Positions 36,875 through 44,872 of a stretch of 54,659 nt of DNA are shown in pieces. Every line of letters starts with the position of its first letter. Position 1 is the first letter of the stretch. The stretch is from the NCBI GenBank assembly GCA_903919925.1, contig CAIXKO010000012.1:1-54659 (forward strand). The letters are read 5' to 3'. Position numbers and translations under genes: made by a program. Under the pieces are notes generated by a model, which was not told the origin of the DNA, made no database searches, and saw nothing but the letters and a program-made list of their open reading frames with translations. The DNA comes from an uncultured Bacteroidota bacterium (GTDB lineage: Bacteria > Bacteroidota > Bacteroidia > Bacteroidales > UBA12481).

Positions 36875-38905
36875 TTACTTCTTATATATCAGCAAACTAT
36901 TCCGATAACCAGGTTTGTCCAGATACCAATCGGGGAATAAAACACCACCCGACTCAGCCCAAGCGCCGAATTTCGTGTAACCCTTGATAATATCGTTCTT
37001 TTCTATCATGTATTCAAAACTCCCTGGTAAATCCATCATCCAGATCAAATTTTGTTTGGATTTATAGTATTTCCCTGCCAAAGGGTTGCTCGCATCATGC
37101 GACTGTCCGAAATAAGACAAGTCAGCAAGATCTGTCGGTAAATGCCCGCTCAGGTGAATTTCCTTACCCCTTGAGCCATCAACAATCAGGAATGGATTAT
37201 AAGGAGCCTGTCCCATCGCTGCAATAGTTTGGGAAGTATTGAATACTACATTTATTGTAATCGTTTTAGGCTCAGTCCATCCATTCCCGGGGATTACATT
37301 AACACCTGTCCCGGTTCCCGAATAGGATAAAACATCATAAGCATCTTCAAAAGCCACAATTACCGCTTTGCTCTGCCCCGCCTCAACTCCATTACCTCTT
37401 AGTTTAACATAATCTCCATTAACATTATATCCTGAAACTGATTCAACTGCATCAGCCGAAATAGGTAGCTGAATACCAAAGCCGTTCCGGTAAGATGCTC
37501 CAATAGCCTTTGTTTTCAGTTGAATCGTCATTTGCTTGATTTGATTCTTAGGATCTGCAACTTGGTTAAAATTGTAATCAACAACCAGATCGTTGAAGTC
37601 AAAATCCCCTAAGCCCGGCCACAAATCCTCAGCCAGAAAGGTTCCAAAAACACCCTTTGCAGGATAGAAATAATTGAAAGCTAAATTTTTATCGTCCGGA
37701 TAATCATCAAAGGTATCAGTTATACCATCTTTGTCACGATCTGATGGTGTATCCATTGGTGGAACTCTCGAAATATCCACTGCTCTAACAGGATTTGCAG
37801 TAACATAAAAGACACAGTCATTAAAATCTTCATCTGACCCTGACATTCGATCCAGATCTTCGAATCCCAATAACAAAACGCTTCTCTTGGTATCGTAGAG
37901 CAAAACGGTATGCTGCTTCTTTGTTACATTGCTCTCAGGATTAAAGCCAGGTTCAGAATAGTAAACCTTTGACCCACTTACCTTACCTCCATTCCAACCG
38001 TATGGAACCAGAAACCAACCAATGGCTTTGCCACCAGGAAACCTGCCAAGAAAAACTTTATCTCCGGATGTAAGTCCTCCTCCACTACCTGAGTAAGATG
38101 CGTTGGGGAAAATCACGTTGTATTTATTGATTTCTGCTGCTGTTTTTGGAGGATTGCTAATATCATATAGATAATAACCCAGCGAGTTTAAATAGCCAGC
38201 TCCTTCATGAACAAAAGTAATCCAAACATCGGCTTCCTCATTTAGAACAATATCCCCTTCGTTGCCAACAGCAAGATAGTCTGGATGACTCACTGGCAAA
38301 CGCTGATTCTCTGGTAATGAAGCATTCACATCTTTCAGAAAATCCTGGGTAATAACATCCCGGGGTGTAGTAAGGTAACCCGGAACACCCTGACTATTAT
38401 AAGCCCCTAAATATGTATAAGTTAGCCCTGATTTTTGCCCGGCTTGAGGATTTGTCGAAAAGGTAATGGGAAGTGAATAGGTACCCTCACCATAATGATA
38501 AACTGCAGTTCCGCCAAATATCGGTACTGCAACGAGTGACTCCAAGCCGACAAAATCAGTTCTCAAAAAAACGGTATCCATGAATGAAGGCAGTCTGAAC
38601 TTTACATCAATCCTGCCATCGTCTCCAGATGCAAAAGTCCCGATCAGGCGCGCTTCCAGGTTGGGTTCTTCGCTTGGTCCAGGATCGTCCAAATATACTT
38701 TTACAGGAACACTACTCATAGTCATGGTTGAATTCTTTACCAAAACACTGAGGTTAACATCATGAGTCGTTTTAAAATCAAACCCTTCTGGAATTTTAAG
38801 GTCTTTGGTGGTGCCAGAATTCGTATTGGGTAAGTTAGTATCCTTGTGGCATGAAGCCAGGATCAAAAACATTCCTAAAAACAAACAAACAGATATCTTT
38901 TTCAT
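36875..38905 (-). CDS. LruC-domain lipoprotein (DUF4114/DUF4842-like)
   Basis: Lipobox LILASC, GFEDL..SDEDFND, EDLWP.GDFDFNDLVV, YNPFL..EIHL..PT, FPDWY; Ca-binding-like DRDKDGITDTFDDYPDD. Confidence 0.82.
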   Translation of the reverse strand: MKKISVCLFLGMFLILASCHKDTNLPNTNSGTTKDLKIPEGFDFKTTHDVNLSVLVKNSTMTMSSVPVKVYLDDPGPSEEPNLEARLIGTFASGDDGRIDVKFRLPSFMDTVFLRTDFVGLESLVAVPIFGGTAVYHYGEGTYSLPITFSTNPQAGQKSGLTYTYLGAYNSQGVPGYLTTPRDVITQDFLKDVNASLPENQRLPVSHPDYLAVGNEGDIVLNEEADVWITFVHEGAGYLNSLGYYLYDISNPPKTAAEINKYNVIFPNASYSGSGGGLTSGDKVFLGRFPGGKAIGWFLVPYGWNGGKVSGSKVYYSEPGFNPESNVTKKQHTVLLYDTKRSVLLLGFEDLDRMSGSDEDFNDCVFYVTANPVRAVDISRVPPMDTPSDRDKDGITDTFDDYPDDKNLAFNYFYPAKGVFGTFLAEDLWPGLGDFDFNDLVVDYNFNQVADPKNQIKQMTIQLKTKAIGASYRNGFGIQLPISADAVESVSGYNVNGDYVKLRGNGVEAGQSKAVIVAFEDAYDVLSYSGTGTGVNVIPGNGWTEPKTITINVVFNTSQTIAAMGQAPYNPFLIVDGSRGKEIHLSGHLPTDLADLSYFGQSHDASNPLAGKYYKSKQNLIWMMDLPGSFEYMIEKNDIIKGYTKFGAWAESGGVLFPDWYLDKPGYRNSLLIYKK

Positions 38906-38936
38906 AGCTTTATTTTATCTTTATTACCACAGTTAA

Positions 38937-38951
38937 TCAAACCCTATGCCA
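38937..38951 (-). promoter_or_regulatory. candidate sigma54 promoter for the LruC-domain gene
   Basis: TGGCATA-GGGT-TTGA with -24/-12 spacing, 32 bp upstream of the ATG. Confidence 0.5.
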
Positions 38952-39090
38952 CTTAAATTTCAAATTTTATTAAAGTATTGAAATCCATTTGTTTGAACAA
39001 TTATTTAAATAAACATATATTCCATTATCTGGAATTTTTCCACAAATAAACGCCTTCCCAAACCTGAAGAACTCATCTCGTCAATATCCA

Positions 39091-40356
39091 ATGAAAAAAA
39101 GCTCGATAATTAACCTGATTGTTTCCTTACTGGTAATTTTCATCATAACCTCGTTTCAGGAGGAACATGACAATAAAGTTAACATAATCTGGGATGCGCA
39201 AATTGATTATCTTCAAGGAAAAGAATTTGCACAAAAAGGTATTACCGGGCAAGGCTTGAGAATTGCTATCCTGGACGGTGGATTCCCCGGCACCAACACC
39301 CACCCGGCTCTTAAACACTTAATTGATAGAAAGAAGATTCTTTCAACCTGGAACTTTGTAAAAAACAAGGAAAATGTTTTTACGGGCGATTCGCATGGCA
39401 CCGCTGTCCTTTCCTGCATTGCCGGAATTCTCAACGGACGACCGCTGGGCCTTGCTCCTGATGCAGATTTTTTGCTTGCCGTTACAGAAACAACAGGAGA
39501 ACCTCGTTCTGAAGAGTTAAATTGGGCTAAAGCAGTTGATTGGGCAATTGACCATGGTGCCAATATCATACAATCCTCTTTGGGATATACATATCATCGA
39601 TATTTCACCTTCGATTTGGATGGACGGCACAGCATTGCAGCTCAGGCTGCTGCCCGAGCTGCCCGAAAAGGTGTTCTAATCGTTAATTGTAATGGTAACG
39701 AAGGACAGAGCAAATGGCAAACGGTCGTTACCCCTGCTGATGCTGATTCTATACTTAGTGTGGGAGCCATAGACATTGTTACTGGCTTGGTAGCAGGTTT
39801 CAGTTCAGTGGGTCCGACAGCTGACAAGAGAATAAAACCTAATGTTTGCGCGCCAGGGAAAGTGATTACTTTAAATCCCAAGGGTGGCATTCGAATCATG
39901 GAAGGAACATCCTTTTCTGCTCCTTTAATTACAGGCTTTGCTGCATGCACCTGGCAAATGAACAGATCCCTGCCCGCTCAAGACATAATAAAAATGATCG
40001 AAAAATCGGGGCATCTCTACCCATATTTTGACTATTCACATGGATTCGGCATACCTCAGGCTTCCCGAATCATTAACCCCATTCAGGACACTTGTTCGGG
40101 TAAAATTGCGATCACTGAAATTAATCAGGATCTTTTCATTCATGTTTGGAACAGCAATTTGAGCACAGTGTCACCGAGGAATGAACCATACCTCTATTTT
40201 AAATTTAGTGACACATTAGGATTCGTCATCAAATATGGGGCGTACAGAATGGAGAGTGAGGCCCCGTTGGTCCTAAGTTTATCCGAATATAATAAAGGCA
40301 TCATCTTCCAATGTAGCTTTAATGGAGAAATTGCAGAATGGAAAGTACAAAAATAA
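39091..40356 (+). CDS. exported S8 (subtilisin-like) serine peptidase
   Basis: Triad ILDGG, SHGTAV, GTSFSAP; oxyanion NGNEG; hydrophobic N-terminus. Confidence 0.92.
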   Translation: MKKSSIINLIVSLLVIFIITSFQEEHDNKVNIIWDAQIDYLQGKEFAQKGITGQGLRIAILDGGFPGTNTHPALKHLIDRKKILSTWNFVKNKENVFTGDSHGTAVLSCIAGILNGRPLGLAPDADFLLAVTETTGEPRSEELNWAKAVDWAIDHGANIIQSSLGYTYHRYFTFDLDGRHSIAAQAAARAARKGVLIVNCNGNEGQSKWQTVVTPADADSILSVGAIDIVTGLVAGFSSVGPTADKRIKPNVCAPGKVITLNPKGGIRIMEGTSFSAPLITGFAACTWQMNRSLPAQDIIKMIEKSGHLYPYFDYSHGFGIPQASRIINPIQDTCSGKIAITEINQDLFIHVWNSNLSTVSPRNEPYLYFKFSDTLGFVIKYGAYRMESEAPLVLSLSEYNKGIIFQCSFNGEIAEWKVQK

Positions 40357-41072
40357 AAACCTGGGTTGTTTCAGTTTTCCTGCTGAGTGTCTCTCTGGTT
40401 AATGTGTATCCTCAGGAATTGATGTTCGAAAAAAACTCTGCTGCTTTAACAACTCATCCAAATTTCGGCCCTAATCGAAAGTACTACTGCCATCCATTCC
40501 TATCATATTCATTTTTTCTTCCTTCCTACAATGGAGCTTACTTTACAACAATTCCAGTGATTTCTGGCCAAACCAGATTTGGGCTCCGAAATAAGGTTAA
40601 AATTACTAAGTCTTTGGCACTTTTGTCCGATTTCGGTATCAGCCGTCGCTTTTTCAGAATCACTCAATTTCCAAACAAGACTTTTCCGGATACCTCGAAA
40701 CACCATTCCCAATCTATTCTTACTAACCAACTTTTTGGGGGATTCTTTGTAAGGTTAAGACATAGTCAATCTGGGGATTACCTGGGAAACTATTTCGACT
40801 TTGGAATATTAGTAGCAGCATCACTTGAAAGTCAACTCCTATCAAAAGACCTGTTTTTTTCTAACGATTCCAACCCTTTCATGACAGAAAAAACCGCTCG
40901 GTCTGTATTGAAAAATATAAATCCTTTTGCATCCTGCATGGCAATACGGCTGGGTTTCGATCGATTCAGCCTTTTTGCGACATATCTTTGGACTCGCACT
41001 ATCAAGACGAAATCAATTAGTGACCTGCCAGCTCTGGAAATCGGATTCGAGATTTCACCTATCCGTTATTGA
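40338..41072 (+). CDS. hypothetical outer-membrane beta-barrel protein
   Basis: Signal peptide, alternating hydrophobic strands, terminal LEIGFEI strand; 19-bp overlap with the S8 gene. Confidence 0.6.
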   Translation: MESTKIKTWVVSVFLLSVSLVNVYPQELMFEKNSAALTTHPNFGPNRKYYCHPFLSYSFFLPSYNGAYFTTIPVISGQTRFGLRNKVKITKSLALLSDFGISRRFFRITQFPNKTFPDTSKHHSQSILTNQLFGGFFVRLRHSQSGDYLGNYFDFGILVAASLESQLLSKDLFFSNDSNPFMTEKTARSVLKNINPFASCMAIRLGFDRFSLFATYLWTRTIKTKSISDLPALEIGFEISPIRY

Positions 41073-41796
41073 AGCTATCTCTTTCTGCAATCAATTCAGA
41101 CAACCGGCATTGCCTGTTTTCTATAGCACTTCCTACCACTACTAAATCGGCACCTGATTTATACGCATTCCTGATATCTGCTGCGGTACGCATTCCTCCT
41201 CCGATTATAATTGGAAGATTTATTTTTTGAGAAACCATGGAAATCATTTTCAGAGGAACAGGATTATGCGCCCCACTTCCGGCATCCAGATAAATTACTT
41301 TTAATCCCAGCATCTCACCTGCCATTGCTGTTGCTAAGGCTATGTCGGGTTTTTCAGGTGGAATAGGCTGAGTATTACTCATATAGGAAACAGAAGTCTG
41401 CTGACCTCCATTTACCAGTATGTATCCGGTAGGGATAATCTCTATACCCGACTCCCACAAGAAGGGGGCTGCTATTACATGATTACCGATAAGATACTCT
41501 GAATTTCTCCCGGAAATAAGAGATAATAACAGCATTCCATCGGCCTTTGTACTGAGTTGAAGTGGTGATCCCGGAAATAACACTACCGGAATTTCAATCT
41601 CTGACTTTATCTTGGTGATCAATTGATCTATATGATTGGAAACCAAACTACCTCCAACGAAGATCAGATCTATACCTGCTTCCCTGGCCTCAGAAAGCTG
41701 ACCGGAGAGAAAATTCTCTTCCCATTTGTCAGGGTCAATTAGCCAGGCTAATGCCTTTTGACAACCTTTCAGATTGTTGAGAAAAGGTAAAATCAT
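41059..41796 (-). CDS. geranylgeranylglyceryl phosphate synthase family protein (group II, PcrB-like TIM barrel)
   Basis: LIDPDK, FVGGS, LFPG, SLISGRN, TGYIL, YLDAGSGA, IGGGMR, VVVGS. Confidence 0.93.
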   Translation of the reverse strand: MILPFLNNLKGCQKALAWLIDPDKWEENFLSGQLSEAREAGIDLIFVGGSLVSNHIDQLITKIKSEIEIPVVLFPGSPLQLSTKADGMLLLSLISGRNSEYLIGNHVIAAPFLWESGIEIIPTGYILVNGGQQTSVSYMSNTQPIPPEKPDIALATAMAGEMLGLKVIYLDAGSGAHNPVPLKMISMVSQKINLPIIIGGGMRTAADIRNAYKSGADLVVVGSAIENRQCRLSELIAERDSFNNG

Positions 41797-41797
41797 T

Positions 41798-42394
41798 TTA
41801 TTGGTTTCTCCAACTTATTGATTCAATCATCCTTACCAAATCCATGCGAAGAAATTCCACCACTGGTGCCAAAGAGTCCTTATTGGGCTGACAATCAAAA
41901 TATAACGCACCTCTGAGAAAGTGAGTTACGCTATCAGTTGCATAAAATTGCATTGAGGATGCTGTATTTCCTTTAATATCAAAAAGAACACTATAAACTT
42001 TGTTAAGGGATTCCGCATATTCCGATTGTACTATGGCATCTGCCTTAACACTATGTTTATATGCATAAGAATGGGTATCATCAATTAAACTTGCCAAACT
42101 AGAATTTACTTTTTTATAGGTCAAATATATGCGACTTTTGAATTGAGGGAACTCAACATTGAGCCAAAAGGCAGCAGTATCTGTGTCTTTCCATTGTCCC
42201 CTATATGGCTTGATCAACGCGTATAAAGGATAATCAAAGGTATAAGGGTAATCTCCCTGAAGTTGCTGATACTCCTTTTTAGGGAAATCGATACGAAAAT
42301 AACCTCGCGGTTTAGGGCTATAATCCGGTTTACATCCAAGGGAAATGGCCGTGAATAAAAACAAAACAAAACAGGTTGAAAAACTGACCTTCAT
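41798..42394 (-). CDS. gldD: gliding motility lipoprotein GldD
   Basis: Lipobox SLGC, PKPRGYFRID, KHSVKADAI, GNTASSMQFYATDSVTHFLRGALYF. Confidence 0.92.
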   Translation of the reverse strand: MKVSFSTCFVLFLFTAISLGCKPDYSPKPRGYFRIDFPKKEYQQLQGDYPYTFDYPLYALIKPYRGQWKDTDTAAFWLNVEFPQFKSRIYLTYKKVNSSLASLIDDTHSYAYKHSVKADAIVQSEYAESLNKVYSVLFDIKGNTASSMQFYATDSVTHFLRGALYFDCQPNKDSLAPVVEFLRMDLVRMIESISWRNQ

Positions 42395-42400
42395 AATCTT

Positions 42401-43657
42401 CTATGCAATAGTAATTTCGATTTCCTTTATCCTCCGATCGTCACGACTCCTTACCACAAACGTAAGATAATTCAATTGAATCTTTTCATCAAGATTCGGG
42501 ATTTCCCCTTTGAGCTCCAATACTAACCCAGCTATGGTCTCAGCCCCTCCTTTTATTGACTCAAAATAACTTTCGTCCAGCTCAAGAGCCTTTACTAAAT
42601 CGTGCAAACTGGTTTTGCCATTGCAGAGGAATGTTTTGTCTCCTAGTTTCTGAATCATTAAATCTTCTTCGTCTGATTCATCTCTGATTTCCCCTACAAT
42701 TTCCTCCAGGATATCTTCGAGGGTAATTAACCCCGATGTGCCTCCATATTCATCAACCACAATAGCCATGTGCATTTTGTTCCGCCTGAATTCTTGAAGG
42801 AGATCGTTAATTCGCTTATTATCTGGAACAAACAAAGCTGGTCTTATTAAGGATTGCCACCTGAAATTATTACTTTTCTGCAGGTGAGAAAGGAAATCCT
42901 TGACATATAATATTCCACGTATGTCATCCAGGTTTTCTTGATAAACAGGAAACCTTGAATATCCCAAATCCACCATACGTGCGAATACCAGTCGAAAAGG
43001 CTCTTTGATGTCCAAAGAAAAAATATCAACCCTTGGTTTCATTATTTCACCTACAGAAATATTACCAAACCTGACAATTCCTTTCAGCATCTTCTCCTCC
43101 TCAACAAGCTCTGGTCCGGTTAGATCCAATGCATCCGAAAGATGATCCATTGTCAGTGGAGAGTTAATATCTTTGATTCGTTTCCTGACAATAGAAGTGG
43201 AGCCGATTAAGACTTTGCTTACAGGATGCAAAACCCGAACCATTCCGGTGACTGGAGTTGCCATCATTTTTGAAAGCCTTAGAGCATGACGAGTTGCGTA
43301 TATTTTGGGCAATACTTCCCCTATGAGCAAAATCAAAAAAGTAATGACAACTATCTGAATTATGAACTTTAATACAGGATGTTCCGGAAAACTAAGAATT
43401 GCATCCATAACCCATGTTGACAAGATCACTATTCCCATATTAATCAAATTGTTAGCGACCAATAACGTTGCCAGTAGCTCCTCTGGGTTATGCAATAACT
43501 CCAACACTCGCTTGAAAGATTTAATACTTCCTTGATTAAGTTGCTTTCTCTCATTGGGACCAATCGAGAAAAAAGCAACTTCCGCTCCGGAAATCAGAGC
43601 AGAAGCTGCCAACAAAAACAGGATAACCGTCAATTCAATGATTACGCTGAGATTCAA
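42401..43657 (-). CDS. gldE: gliding motility-associated protein GldE (CNNM/CBS/CorC family)
   Basis: SGAEVAFFS, GEVLPK, CBS pair with VDEYGG, CorC C-terminal domain; lies between ssb and gldD. Confidence 0.9.
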   Translation of the reverse strand: MNLSVIIELTVILFLLAASALISGAEVAFFSIGPNERKQLNQGSIKSFKRVLELLHNPEELLATLLVANNLINMGIVILSTWVMDAILSFPEHPVLKFIIQIVVITFLILLIGEVLPKIYATRHALRLSKMMATPVTGMVRVLHPVSKVLIGSTSIVRKRIKDINSPLTMDHLSDALDLTGPELVEEEKMLKGIVRFGNISVGEIMKPRVDIFSLDIKEPFRLVFARMVDLGYSRFPVYQENLDDIRGILYVKDFLSHLQKSNNFRWQSLIRPALFVPDNKRINDLLQEFRRNKMHMAIVVDEYGGTSGLITLEDILEEIVGEIRDESDEEDLMIQKLGDKTFLCNGKTSLHDLVKALELDESYFESIKGGAETIAGLVLELKGEIPNLDEKIQLNYLTFVVRSRDDRRIKEIEITIA

Positions 43658-43675
43658 ATTATTCCTTGTTCTTAG

Positions 43676-44122
43676 TTAAAATGGTAAATCATCACCTGTC
43701 GTAGGATTATCCAGCTCTTCTGGAGGATGTGTAGGCATCGGCTCAGGTTGGGAAAGTCCGGAAGAGTGATAAGTTTGTTGCGGTGAATTATCCTCCTTTT
43801 TGCCCAAAAAACGAATATTATCTGCAACGATCTCACTAATATACCGTTTGGCACCATCCTTATCATCATACTGTCGGTTGGTGATCTTTCCTTCCACATA
43901 AATTTGGTTGCCCTTACGGATATACTTTTCAGCAAGATCTGCCAATTGTCGCCAGGCAACAATATTATGCCACTCAGTGCTCTTAACCAGCTCTCCTGCC
44001 TTGTTTCTGTAGGTTTCGGAGGTGGCTAGAGTAAACCTTGCTACAGAAGCCCCCCCCTCCAAGTGCCGTACCTCAGGGTCTTTTCCAACATTTCCAATTA
44101 GAATTGCTTTATTTACAGACAT
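43676..44122 (-). CDS. ssb: single-stranded DNA-binding protein
   Basis: VNKAILIGNVGKDPE, TEWHNIV, acidic tail DDLPF; start moved to ATG 44122. Confidence 0.97.
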   Translation of the reverse strand: MSVNKAILIGNVGKDPEVRHLEGGASVARFTLATSETYRNKAGELVKSTEWHNIVAWRQLADLAEKYIRKGNQIYVEGKITNRQYDDKDGAKRYISEIVADNIRFLGKKEDNSPQQTYHSSGLSQPEPMPTHPPEELDNPTTGDDLPF

Positions 44123-44296
44123 TTGAATTAAAATTAATTGATGATTAAAAATACAAACTATTCTCACGTTTCAAAACTTAAAACATTGACTGACCGGCCG
44201 GATCATTATCACACCTATATAGATGCATGTTTTCGTTCCCAATGGAAAAAAAAGAAAAATATTTTTTCAATCGAAAGATTATTTCAGAAAAAGATA

Positions 44297-44304
44297 TATA
44301 TTTG
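44297..44304 (+). promoter_or_regulatory. -7 promoter element (TATATTTG) for hup-bS22
   Basis: Exact TAnnTTTG match followed by CA, 42 bp before ATG 44347. Confidence 0.7.
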
Positions 44305-44346
44305 CAGACCGATTGTAATTAGTTGATAATTAAAGTATTTATAGCG

Positions 44347-44640
44347 ATGACTAAAGCAGACATTGTAAACGAAATCAGCAAGAACACTGGTATAGAGAAA
44401 GTTGCTGTACAGAAGACGGTTGAAGCCTTTATGGGTACCGTAAAAACCTCGTTAGTAAATGGTAATAATGTATACCTGAGGGGATTTGGAAGTTTTATCG
44501 TTAAGAAAAGAGCCGAGAAAACTGCCCGGAATATCTCGAAGAATACAACGATTATCATTCCTCAGCACTTCATCCCGTCGTTCAAACCTGCGAAGACTTT
44601 CGTTGCGAAAGTAAAAGATCAAGTAAGAAAAAAGAAGTAG
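44347..44640 (+). CDS. hup: HU/IHF family DNA-binding protein
   Basis: MTKADIV, VYLRGFGSF, KTARNI, PSFKPAK; start moved to ATG 44347. Confidence 0.93.
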   Translation: MTKADIVNEISKNTGIEKVAVQKTVEAFMGTVKTSLVNGNNVYLRGFGSFIVKKRAEKTARNISKNTTIIIPQHFIPSFKPAKTFVAKVKDQVRKKK

Positions 44641-44667
44641 TACTGCAATTTAAAAATTGAATTTGAC

Positions 44668-44760
44668 ATGCCAAGCGGAAAAAAACGCAAAAGACATAAG
44701 ATGGCAACGCACAAGCGGAAAAAACGCCTGCGGAAAAATCGCCATAAGAAAAAGAAATAG
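44668..44760 (+). CDS. 30-aa basic small ribosomal protein bS22 (AURKAIP1/COX24/mS38 family), not in the ORF track
   Basis: Hand translation MPSGKKRKRHKMATHKRKKRLRKNRHKKKK*; matches the KRK..M..HK.KK..RK.R family pattern. Confidence 0.88.
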   Translation: MPSGKKRKRHKMATHKRKKRLRKNRHKKKK

Positions 44761-44779
44761 TCTTACGATAATTTTGCAT

Positions 44780-44820
44780 AGCATAAACCTAAAGAGTTTC
44801 TCTTTAGGTTTATGCTGTTT
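44780..44820 (+). terminator. long hairpin, probable terminator or processing stem between bS22 and rng
   Basis: Perfect 17-bp inverted repeat AGCATAAACCTAAAGAG-TTT-CTCTTTAGGTTTATGCT followed by GTTTATT. Confidence 0.65.
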
Positions 44821-44872
44821 ATTGCACAGACATTTTCTCCATTTACTCTTCTCCCAAAAGATATAACGAGTT

